Virus record (IMG/VR): IMGVR_UViG_637000095_000001
Source: a virus
Reading direction: 5' to 3' (one strand)
DNA: 64,000 nucleotides
Positions 18,344 through 26,306 of the stretch are shown one piece after another. Position 1 is the stretch's first letter, and every line of letters starts with the position of its first letter. The notes under the pieces are model-generated. The model made no database searches and was not told the DNA's origin. It was given only the letters and a program-made list of their open reading frames with translations. Made by a program: the position numbers and the translations under genes.

Positions 18344-18664
18344 GTAGAAAGACCTTTCTACAATGTAGAATGTCCAAAAAGCACCTTTCTACAGCGCAAG
18401 TCCTTGTTATTTATGGTGTTACGCGGCAGGCGTAGAAAGTGTAGAAAGGTTTCAGAGATTACTCCCCCTTACTGTTCATTTTTTCAAACCATAGGATGAA
18501 GGCATGCCTGAAAAAAAACGGGCTATGCGTAAGTAATATTTCTATACCTTTCTACACTTTCTACAAAAATATCTATAACTAACTGCTATTACTACTGTTA
18601 AGAGATGTAGAAAGGGGGTGTAGAAAGGTCTCTGGGCGTAGAAACCCCTTTCTACGCTTTCTAC
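18344..18664. repeat. GTAGAAAG iteron-like array, putative replication origin
   Basis: 11 exact copies: plus strand 18344, 18432, 18441, 18607, 18620; minus strand 18354, 18385, 18548, 18557, 18648, 18657; AT-rich stretch near 18565-18605. Confidence 0.7.
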
Positions 18665-18667
18665 CAT

Positions 18668-18698
18668 CCGACACTCAGGCTCCGGCTCCGGTAAGTAA
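18668..18698 (+). promoter_or_regulatory. Element-specific promoter motif, copy 3
   Basis: CCGACAC-N13-CCGGTAAGTAA. Confidence 0.85.
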
Positions 18699-18736
18699 CG
18701 GGAAGAAAAATAAACCCGAACTTCCGGAGGTCATCC

Positions 18737-19525
18737 ATGAGCCTTTTACAAACCATGCTCACGCATCTCGATTCCCCTGAGTGTGAGCCTTCTGAACAAG
18801 CTCCTCCGCCTGTTGAAAATGACAGCAGCGCACCGGAGCCCGATCTTTTTGTATCCACCGATCTGGATACCGCACAATTCGAGTGGGTCGTCACGTCTGC
18901 CAGCGACGTTGAATACAATGGCAAAATCTATCGACGTCTCGAGCCGGAGTATTTCGCATGGCTCCGTTCACGGATGCTGGCAGCCCAGTCCGCTTTCAAA
19001 GCCGGTAAGCTTTCTGAATCAACATGGGAAAGCCTGAAAAGCAGGTTCAACCCGCTTCAGGAATACGCGGTTCAGAAATTCGGCAAGGAAGATTTACAGC
19101 AGACATCCCGGCAGTTCAGCCCACAGAATTACCAAGCTCCCCGCCATGTTCCGGTAAAACCCGAGATACCTGCAGAACCTCCCAAGAACAACTGGATTTA
19201 TCCGCCAAACGAAGCTTGGAATTGTATAGAGCACGTCAGCTCCGACGCATTGGCCAAGGTTGATGCCATCAAGGAGGAAGCCATGTCCCGGAAATGGTCT
19301 GAAGCCAGGTTATACCAGAATCAGGGACGATACCGCTTCCCCTGCGGTCAGGACTATGGGCTGGTCTGCTTTGTCGGCGGTGACCGTAAGATCGGTGCCG
19401 TGACCGAAAGATATATCGAAATCATCCACAGTCCGGATACACCGCGTCCCAGCACGCTCAGGTTTCACAACCCGGATGTTCCGCAGCCGTGGTTGAAGAA
19501 AGTGGAGAGTAACCATGAGCATTAA
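18737..19525 (+). CDS. Hypothetical protein (262 aa)
   Basis: GGAGG RBS; overlaps the next gene. Confidence 0.8.
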   Translation: MSLLQTMLTHLDSPECEPSEQAPPPVENDSSAPEPDLFVSTDLDTAQFEWVVTSASDVEYNGKIYRRLEPEYFAWLRSRMLAAQSAFKAGKLSESTWESLKSRFNPLQEYAVQKFGKEDLQQTSRQFSPQNYQAPRHVPVKPEIPAEPPKNNWIYPPNEAWNCIEHVSSDALAKVDAIKEEAMSRKWSEARLYQNQGRYRFPCGQDYGLVCFVGGDRKIGAVTERYIEIIHSPDTPRPSTLRFHNPDVPQPWLKKVESNHEH

Positions 19526-19790
19526 GAAATACGCCAATGCCGAACACATCCTCCCGAGAGAGCTGCTCAAGGAGGTACAGAAGCATCATTCCGGCATTCT
19601 TTGGATTCCAGCGCCGGGCAGTTTTTACAAGGAGCGCAGGCAGCTGGTTATCGCCCTCAAAAGTCAGGGAATCGAAACCGATGAAATTGCCAGCCTCGCC
19701 GGTATCACACGTCGCCGGGTCAATCAGATCCTCGCGGACCACCGAAAAGAGGCTGACGCCCGACAGGTTGAGGACTCTTCCGGTATGTAA
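19515..19790 (+). CDS. CD3324/Mor-like HTH transcriptional regulator
   Basis: KYANAEHILPRELLKEVQKH.SGILWIP N-terminus; C-terminal HTH TDEIASLAGITRRRVNQIL. Confidence 0.65.
   Translation: MSIKKYANAEHILPRELLKEVQKHHSGILWIPAPGSFYKERRQLVIALKSQGIETDEIASLAGITRRRVNQILADHRKEADARQVEDSSGM
19760..19790 (+). promoter_or_regulatory. Element-specific promoter motif, copy 4 (variant)
   Basis: CCGACAG-N13-CCGGTATGTAA; the final TAA is the stop of the 91-aa gene; upstream of putative terS. Confidence 0.7.
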
Positions 19791-19878
19791 GGCTTGAGGT
19801 TCGGGAAAACGGGCTAAATCTGCCTTCCGCCCCGAACCCCGAAATTTGGAAACAAAATTGATAAACCGGAGATGAGCC

Positions 19879-20412
19879 TTGGGCGTTACAAAAAAAGACG
19901 AACAGAATCTGGATCGCTGGCATCGGAATGAGGGCCGGACAGACCATGATCAGGCAAAGAGCAAAGCGGGAGCTAAAGAAGGAAACCTTCGCACGCTCAA
20001 GCATGGCATCTTTGCCGACCGCTGCCTGACACCGGAAGAAAAGGTCATGTTCGACAGCATCATCGAAAAGCTGCATGAGGATTTTCAGTTCAACAAATCC
20101 AGTGACTTCCTGCAGGTCGAGCTTGTGGGCATCTACTCGGTAAAGCTGGTCCGGGCACAAATCGAAGGAAACACACAGGCGGCCGAGAGTCTCGACCGGA
20201 TGATCCGCTGCCACATGAAGGATCTCAAGACCACCAAGATTGCCCGCGAGGGTGAGGAGCCGAAAGGTCCGCAGACGTCTCCTGCCGAATGGGCCTCCGC
20301 TCTTCTTGAAAAAGTGAGTGAAGCCGCCGCCCAGAAGACCGCTTCCGTGAAAAAGCCGAAAAAAAGTTCAGATAACACCAGAGCCTCGAGAAGAAATAGC
20401 GCGAAGGATTAG
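19879..20412 (+). CDS. Putative terminase small subunit
   Basis: GNLRTLKHGIFA resembles the GNxNAxKHG motif of TerS N-termini; helical, basic C-tail; start uncertain (TTG). Confidence 0.55.
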   Translation: MGVTKKDEQNLDRWHRNEGRTDHDQAKSKAGAKEGNLRTLKHGIFADRCLTPEEKVMFDSIIEKLHEDFQFNKSSDFLQVELVGIYSVKLVRAQIEGNTQAAESLDRMIRCHMKDLKTTKIAREGEEPKGPQTSPAEWASALLEKVSEAAAQKTASVKKPKKSSDNTRASRRNSAKD

Positions 20413-20571
20413 GCAGTTATGGAGGCTCAAGATGACAGGAATTTCAGATAAGACGTGTTCCTTGCACTTTCGGAATCGGCATTCTTCGGCCGCCGATCAT
20501 CATTTCCACTCCTCTATTTCTTCCTGCAGCTCTCGATACCCGATTGGCATGTGTGCGCATAAGCCGAGCCG

Positions 20572-20774
20572 CATAAGCCAAGCAGATATTGGCATGTTCA
20601 CGCCGGGGCTCTCTCACACAACCCAAGTAAATATGGGCATGTCGAGCCCCAGGCAGAACCGGCCAGGCCCCGCAAACAGCCATTTTTTCGGCAGCGGCCC
20701 CCACATAAGCCAAGCAGATATTGCCATGTGTGTTCCGCGCCCGGAGCGCACAAGCCAAGCAGTTATAGCGATGT
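20572..20774 (+). repeat. Four 26-bp direct repeats in two pairs
   Basis: CATAAGCCAAGCAGATATTGGCATGT 20572, CACAACCCAAGTAAATATGGGCATGT 20617, CATAAGCCAAGCAGATATTGCCATGT 20704, CACAAGCCAAGCAGTTATAGCGATGT 20749. Confidence 0.8.
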
Positions 20775-20929
20775 GCGGCCGACAGACAGAAAAGGAGAAA
20801 TTCCGGTCAATCGATATTTCCCGCTCCGCCCGGGAGGCCGAGAACCATCGTCATGATCATTCATCATCGGCGGATGTGTTCTTCTGCGGGCACTGTCATT
20901 CACTGTCTTCGATACTGTCTTCCCCAACG

Positions 20930-20955
20930 AAAACAGGAGCAGCCGAGGCCGCTCC
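20930..20955 (-). terminator. Intrinsic terminator of the tyrosine-recombinase cassette
   Basis: Minus strand GGAGCGGC ctcg GCTGCTCC TGTTTT, 20 nt after the recombinase stop. Confidence 0.65.
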
Positions 20956-20975
20956 CATCGTCGGGTCCGGAAGGA

Positions 20976-21890
20976 TCAGAGGCGTTCGAGGGCTTCCTCG
21001 AGCTGGCCGTCCACGAGGTGGGTGTAGATCTGGGTGGTGGACACGTCCCGATGCCCCAAGGCCCGCTGCACCACGAGCAGGTCATTGGTCGCGCCGTAGA
21101 GGTGGGTGGCGAAGGTATGCCGCAGCCCGTGCGGCGTCAGTTCCTTTTCGATCCCGGCCTTCCGCAGCCAGTGGGCGAGCCGGTTGGCAATCTGCCGCTG
21201 GCAGAGTCTGCCGTCCCGGTTCGACAGGAACAGGGCTTCCATTTCCGGACGGCCATGTCGGCGGCGCTCGGCCAGGTAACGGCGCAGCAATGTGCGGAGG
21301 TCGGTCTTGATGAACTTGACCTGCGGTACATTCCCCTTGGCCCGCACCCGCAGATGTTTGGCGTCGAGGTCGATGTCATCCATGTCGAGCGCGGCCAGCT
21401 CGCCAAGCCTGATCCCGGTGCCCAGCAGCACCTCGATCATGGCGCGGTCGCGCAGAGCGGAGAAGTCGGTCCGTCCCTTGAGTTCCTTGAGCAGTCGTTT
21501 CTTTTCGGCGGTGGTCAGGAACACCGGCAGCTTTCTCGGCAGCCGATGCATGCGGATGGACCGGGCCGGATTGTCATCGACCACGCCAGCCTCGGAGGCC
21601 CAGGCGAAAAAGGCCCGCACCGCCGCCTTCATCCGATGGAGCGAGGCCGCCGAGCGTGGGCCGCGCCCGCTCTCGGTGACCGCCCCGGCGGAGAACGCCC
21701 GGTCGAGGAGCCCGGCCGTGATCGCCCGGCAGATGATGCCCGGGGCCAGCTCATCGGCAACGCGGGCCACCAGGGCAAGGTCCCGGCGGTATGCGGCTAT
21801 GGTCGCCGGGGAGCGTCCTTCGGCCGACAGGCGGGCACAGAACGCCTCTGTCGCGCCCGTCAGGTCGAGGTCAGCCGTTCGGTTGCTCAT
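20976..21890 (-). CDS. XerC/D-like tyrosine recombinase
   Basis: RDRAMIEVLLGTGIRLGEL, KGN, LTPHGLRHTFATHL, LGHRDVSTTQIY (R-K-H-R-H-Y set). Confidence 0.93.
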   Translation of the reverse strand: MSNRTADLDLTGATEAFCARLSAEGRSPATIAAYRRDLALVARVADELAPGIICRAITAGLLDRAFSAGAVTESGRGPRSAASLHRMKAAVRAFFAWASEAGVVDDNPARSIRMHRLPRKLPVFLTTAEKKRLLKELKGRTDFSALRDRAMIEVLLGTGIRLGELAALDMDDIDLDAKHLRVRAKGNVPQVKFIKTDLRTLLRRYLAERRRHGRPEMEALFLSNRDGRLCQRQIANRLAHWLRKAGIEKELTPHGLRHTFATHLYGATNDLLVVQRALGHRDVSTTQIYTHLVDGQLEEALERL

Positions 21891-22245
21891 CGCTGGACTC
21901 CTTCACCCTGCTGTGACCCATGGGTGTGCTCTTGGGCAGCGGCAGCTCCTCGATGCGCCCCGATTCCCTGGCCCATACCATCATCATGCGGAACACCCGG
22001 ACGGTCTTGGCGACGGTGCGTTCAGCCCGCTCCTTGCCGTCGGGGAGTTTGAGCAGCAGATCCGACTTGTAGAACTTGCCGACCTGGGGAAGCCGGATCT
22101 CGGTGAGCTGGCGATCCGCCCCAAAGAAGACCTCCACTACATCGAGGTCCTTCCGGTAGGTGTAAAGGGTCCGCTCTTTCTTTCCGGATTCCCGCAGGTG
22201 GCCGATGAAAGCCTCGGCGGCTTGATGCACGGTGCATTCGGTCAT
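21871..22245 (-). CDS. Stand-alone integrase N-terminal (SAM-like core-binding) domain protein
   Basis: AAEAFIGHLRESGKKERTLYTYRKDL...TVAKTVRVFRMMMVWA parallels the N-terminus of the adjacent recombinase; AAAGGAG RBS. Confidence 0.7.
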   Translation of the reverse strand: MTECTVHQAAEAFIGHLRESGKKERTLYTYRKDLDVVEVFFGADRQLTEIRLPQVGKFYKSDLLLKLPDGKERAERTVAKTVRVFRMMMVWARESGRIEELPLPKSTPMGHSRVKESSDEQPNG

Positions 22246-22278
22246 GTCGATGTCTCCTTTGTCGGTGGCCCGGTGTGT

Positions 22279-22473
22279 TCAGGACAGGAACTCGTCCAGC
22301 TCCCGCAGCAGTTCCTCGACGTGACCGAGGGAGCCGACGCTCGCCCAGGTGATGTCCGGCTGCTTCGCGTCTGCTTCGAGCTTGCCGCGAATGCCCTCGA
22401 TCAGCCGGGCGATATTCTCCTGCTTTTCTCGGTACGCCTTGAGTGCCTGCTGGCGGTTTCTGTCGTAGGTCAT
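22279..22473 (-). CDS. Small prophage protein (64 aa)
   Basis: GGAGG RBS, ATG 22473; DITWASVGSLGHVEELL motif. Confidence 0.7.
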   Translation of the reverse strand: MTYDRNRQQALKAYREKQENIARLIEGIRGKLEADAKQPDITWASVGSLGHVEELLRELDEFLS

Positions 22474-22521
22474 GGCCTGCCTCCGGTTCCGTTTTCGTGG
22501 ATGCGGGACCATCCCGCGTCA

Positions 22522-22557
22522 CATCCAATGACGCTTCTATTTCGTTGGAAATCAAGT
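22522..22557 (-). promoter_or_regulatory. Accessory-cassette promoter motif ACTTGATTT-N10-AGAAGC (copy A)
   Basis: Minus strand ACTTGATTTCCAACGAAATAGAAGCGTCATT; same motif at 62441. Confidence 0.5.
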
Positions 22558-22612
22558 GTTTGCAGAGATCTTTCTGCATGTGCCCCAAACCCATAACCCA
22601 AAGGAGATCAAC

Positions 22613-22885
22613 ATGTTGAAGAAGACCCTCGAATGGACCATCCCACTGGCGCTGGCCGGGATCATGACCGGCTGCGCCACCTACCGGCCTCCGGCCCAGA
22701 TCCAGTCGGCGGTGGCCACCGTCAACCGCCACACGCCCGAGTACGTGACCGAGGCCAACAAGGCGCTGCGCGAGGTCGGCCACCCGGACGCCGAGCGCCT
22801 GACCGGAGTCGGTCTGCGCCTGCAGACCGCCGTGGACGCCCTTGACCAGTGGGCCAACGGCTCGAACCGGGAGGCAGGCCAATGA
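22613..22885 (+). CDS. Lipoprotein (90 aa)
   Basis: AAGGAG RBS; signal peptide ending in a lipobox-like IMTGC. Confidence 0.75.
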   Translation: MLKKTLEWTIPLALAGIMTGCATYRPPAQIQSAVATVNRHTPEYVTEANKALREVGHPDAERLTGVGLRLQTAVDALDQWANGSNREAGQ

Positions 22886-23160
22886 AAGAGATCCTTCAGG
22901 AAAACAGCGATGCCGTTCGCCAGGCCGGTGAGGCCCTGGTCGAAATCGGCACCGAACTGGCGGCGGGACGGATCGAGAACGCCCTCGGCCGTCTGGAAGC
23001 GGCCCAGCAGCAGTACCGGGCCTGGGCGGAGTTGGACCAGGCCATCATCGACATTCAGGAGGCTGTCCACGACAGGAAGAACACTCTGGCTGTGCAGCAG
23101 ATCCTGACGGAACTGGTGGGCACCATCCTCGGCAGCGCCTTGAGGACGGGAATGCACTGA
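22882..23160 (+). CDS. Small helical hypothetical protein
   Basis: ATGA overlap with the lipoprotein; TGATG coupling to terL. Confidence 0.7.
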   Translation: MKEILQENSDAVRQAGEALVEIGTELAAGRIENALGRLEAAQQQYRAWAELDQAIIDIQEAVHDRKNTLAVQQILTELVGTILGSALRTGMH

Positions 23161-24683
23161 TGGCGGTAACCGACAAGGAGCGCAAACTTGCGGCGACCCT
23201 GAGCGATCCCGTGTTGTGGGGGCAAGCCTACCTCTACAACCGGGATGGCTCAGGCCGCGACTATTGGCCGCATCAGGTGGAGGACCTGCGCTGCCCGGCC
23301 AAGAACATCATCCACCTCGACGGCCGGGACGTGGGCAAGTCCATCGTTCTCTCGACCGACGCGCTCCATTACGCCTTCACCACCCGAGGCGGCCAGGGCC
23401 TCGTCGCGGCTCCGCACCAGGGGCACCTCGATACCATCATCGAGGAGATCGAGTTCCAGCTCGACACCAACCCGGATCTGATGAACAGCATTGCCCTGAC
23501 CAAGTACGGCAAGCCCAAGATCCACCGCAAACCCTACTTCAGGCTGGAGTTCACCAACGGTTCGGTTCTCTATTTCCGCCCGGCCGGGGCCTATGGCGAC
23601 GCCTTCCGGTCCTTGCATGTCGGCCGCGTCTGGGTCGATGAAGGAGCCTGGCTGACCGAACGGGCCTGGAAGGCGCTGCGCCAGTGCCTCAAGGCCGGGG
23701 GGACGCTACGCATCTACTCCACGCCCAACGGCCTGCGCGACACCACCTATTACCGGCTCACCTCGTCGGAGCAGTTCCATGTGTTCCGCTGGCCGTCCTG
23801 GCTCAACCCTCTTTGGACCGAAGATCGCGAGGCCGAACTGCTGGAGTTCTACGGCGGCCGCGACAGTTCCGGCTGGCAGCACGAGGTGGCCGGTGAACAC
23901 GGCAAGCCCTCCTATGGGGCCTTCAATGTCGAACAGTTCAACCTCTGTCGGCAGGATCTGCTGGAGTATCAGAAGATCGTCATCACCGATTCCGAGCTGC
24001 GCGATTGCGACACTGAGGAAGCGGCCCACGACCGGCTGGAGATGCTGCTCAACCTCACGCCCCGCAGCGGGCAGTTCTGGGTCGGCGGCGACCTGGGCTA
24101 CACCAACGACCCCACCGAGATCGTCGTATTTCAGGAGATGGAGGTCGGCGAGCGGACGCTGCTGAAGATGATCCTGCGCGTGCATCTTGAACACGTTTCC
24201 TATCCGCACATCGCCCAGATCATCGCGCTGCTGGAGCGTTACTACACCCCGGCTGGCATCGGCGTGGACAACGGCGGCAACGGCCTGGCCGTGGTTCAGG
24301 AACTGCTCACCCTGGACAAGTACAAAGGGCTGGAGCTGGAAGGCAGGCTCAAGGGATACGACTTCGGCGGCATGACCCGGCTGGCGGTGCGGGACGGAAA
24401 GGAAATCAAGAAGCGGACCAAGGAGCTGATGACCAGCCTCATCAACGGAGCACTACAGCGCAAGCAGCTCATTTTCCCCTCGGACGACCTGGAGGTGGAA
24501 GACCAGTTCACCACCCACACCTACACCCTGCGGGACGGCAAGATCATCTATTCCAAGGGCAACGACCACATCATCGACGCGGTGCGCTGCGCCATGCTGA
24601 TCCGGGAGGAAGGCAACCTCGACCCGGTCGGCGAAGAGGTGGTCTCGCTCAAGCCGGTCCTCACCAATCCGGTTTTCATCTGA
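23160..24683 (+). CDS. terL: Terminase large subunit
   Basis: YWPHQ adenine motif, GRDVGKS Walker A, VWVDEG Walker B, YSTPNG, RNase H-like GGDLG...NDHIIDAVRCA. Confidence 0.9.
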   Translation: MAVTDKERKLAATLSDPVLWGQAYLYNRDGSGRDYWPHQVEDLRCPAKNIIHLDGRDVGKSIVLSTDALHYAFTTRGGQGLVAAPHQGHLDTIIEEIEFQLDTNPDLMNSIALTKYGKPKIHRKPYFRLEFTNGSVLYFRPAGAYGDAFRSLHVGRVWVDEGAWLTERAWKALRQCLKAGGTLRIYSTPNGLRDTTYYRLTSSEQFHVFRWPSWLNPLWTEDREAELLEFYGGRDSSGWQHEVAGEHGKPSYGAFNVEQFNLCRQDLLEYQKIVITDSELRDCDTEEAAHDRLEMLLNLTPRSGQFWVGGDLGYTNDPTEIVVFQEMEVGERTLLKMILRVHLEHVSYPHIAQIIALLERYYTPAGIGVDNGGNGLAVVQELLTLDKYKGLELEGRLKGYDFGGMTRLAVRDGKEIKKRTKELMTSLINGALQRKQLIFPSDDLEVEDQFTTHTYTLRDGKIIYSKGNDHIIDAVRCAMLIREEGNLDPVGEEVVSLKPVLTNPVFI

Positions 24684-24692
24684 CCGCATCCT

Positions 24693-24723
24693 CCGACGCT
24701 TTCCACCCCGCTCCGGTAAGTAA
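24693..24723 (+). promoter_or_regulatory. Element-specific promoter motif, copy 5
   Basis: CCGACGC-N13-CCGGTAAGTAA, 9 nt after the terL stop, heading portal-MuF. Confidence 0.85.
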
Positions 24724-24797
24724 CCGGCATCGAGCCGGGTTCGGCCCACACGGGCCGGATGTGCGGCTGTCATGGCCGAAACTACCGAGAGGATCAC

Positions 24798-26306
24798 GTG
24801 GAAAGCACCGCCCATCAGGACGAACAACCCGAAAGCCTGGACACCACCGGCTTTGTCATCGCGCCGCTGGCCGCAGCGGCAGCGCTCGACTCGGCCGCCT
24901 TCGCCAAGGTGAACGCCGCCGAAGCGATTCCTGCCACCTGGGAAGAACGCGCCCGCAAGGCCTGGGAATACTACGTCGAGGAGCCGCTGGTGAAAAACTG
25001 CGTCAACTCCTGGCGCACCTTCGCCGTGGGCGACGAGATCAAGATCACCAGCGATGACGAGACCCTCAAGGAGCAAGCCCTGGAGGCCGCCTGGCGGCTG
25101 AACGTCTCGCAGTTTATCAAGGACATGGTTCTTCAGCTCCTGGTGAAAGGCGACGCCATCGGCTTCAAGCGCTTCAGCAAGTCCGGCCAGGACATCGAGG
25201 AGCTGGTCTGCGTCAACCCGGTTTCGGTCAAGGTCAAATACGCCCAGGGCGAACTGATCGAGGCCCGGCAATTTCCCGAAGAAACTCTCGGCGGCGGGGA
25301 ATCCATCCCACTGCCCGTCGAACAGGTGGTCCACCTCAAATGGGACGCACCGGCCTTCTCGCCCCGGGGCAATTCCCTCGTGCTTCCCGCCTTTCAAGCC
25401 ATCGAACTGCTGCGCGACTACCGCCGGGCCGAACAGGCCATCGCCAAGCGCTGGGCTACGCCCTTTCGCCTGCTCAAGGTGGGCGGCGCGTTCGGCCAGA
25501 AGATGGTGATGCCGGACCAGCGGATGCTCGAACAGGTCCGCGACATGGTCAACAAGATGGACATGAAAAGCGGCCTGGTGGTCCCGTTCTACGTCAATGT
25601 CGAAACCCACGGCACCGATGGCCAGGTCCTCAACGTCGAGGACAAGGTCAAGGAGGTGAAGGAAGACATCGTGGTGGCCCTGGGTCTGTCACGCTCGCTG
25701 GTAACCGGCGACGGCCCGAATTTCGCCACCGCCTCGGTGAGCATGCAGAAGATGATGGTCATGATCCGCGAGATCAAACAGGCCGCACGCAAGCTCCTCG
25801 ACTGGGTGTTCGACGACTGGATGGAGCTGAACGGCCATGGCGACAAGAGCATCCAGTTTATCTTCAACGACCTCGACCCCAGCGACGCGGTCGATTTCAA
25901 GAAGCTCCTCATCGAACTCTACGACCGCAAGCTCATCAGCCGCTCCAGCCTTCAGCTCAAGATGGACCTGGACCCGGACATCGAGGCCGCCAACCGCGAG
26001 ACCGAACGTAAGCAGATCGACCTGATGGACGAGAAGCAGGTGAAGCCGGTGGTGGATATGGTCGTCTCCGGCATCCTCAGCGTGCCTCGCGCCCGGAAGA
26101 TGCTCGGGATTCCGGCCGAGGACGATGAACCCACGGCGGAGGCGGCATTGGTCTGGTCGGGTGACCTGGAGTCCACCGGCATTGCTGCCGTGTGCGACGA
26201 GTGCAGCCACTTCATCGCTGACACCAACCACTGCCGGGTCCACAACAGCGAGCGCACTTTCGACGCCCCGGCCTGTCGTTTCATCGACCGCCGGGAGCCC
26301 CGCTAA
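24798..26306 (+). CDS. Portal protein
   Basis: Position after terL; EPLVKNCV, QVVHLK...PRGNS, DIVVALGLSRSLVTGDGPNFATASV; GTG start behind GAGAGGA. Confidence 0.85.
   Translation: MESTAHQDEQPESLDTTGFVIAPLAAAAALDSAAFAKVNAAEAIPATWEERARKAWEYYVEEPLVKNCVNSWRTFAVGDEIKITSDDETLKEQALEAAWRLNVSQFIKDMVLQLLVKGDAIGFKRFSKSGQDIEELVCVNPVSVKVKYAQGELIEARQFPEETLGGGESIPLPVEQVVHLKWDAPAFSPRGNSLVLPAFQAIELLRDYRRAEQAIAKRWATPFRLLKVGGAFGQKMVMPDQRMLEQVRDMVNKMDMKSGLVVPFYVNVETHGTDGQVLNVEDKVKEVKEDIVVALGLSRSLVTGDGPNFATASVSMQKMMVMIREIKQAARKLLDWVFDDWMELNGHGDKSIQFIFNDLDPSDAVDFKKLLIELYDRKLISRSSLQLKMDLDPDIEAANRETERKQIDLMDEKQVKPVVDMVVSGILSVPRARKMLGIPAEDDEPTAEAALVWSGDLESTGIAAVCDECSHFIADTNHCRVHNSERTFDAPACRFIDRREPR

Noticed and set aside
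18527-18536. GCGTAAGTAA as an eleventh promoter copy
   Set aside because: Lacks the CCG start of the downstream box and has no CCGAC box 13 nt upstream
20572-20774. 26-bp repeats as a mini CRISPR array
   Set aside because: Gaps alternate 19/61/19 nt, repeats are degenerate in a paired pattern, and there are no cas genes
20432-21310. 292-aa plus-strand ORF
   Set aside because: Runs through the repeat array and antisense into the recombinase, with low-complexity composition; a GGAGG precedes its ATG, so a short real product is not excluded
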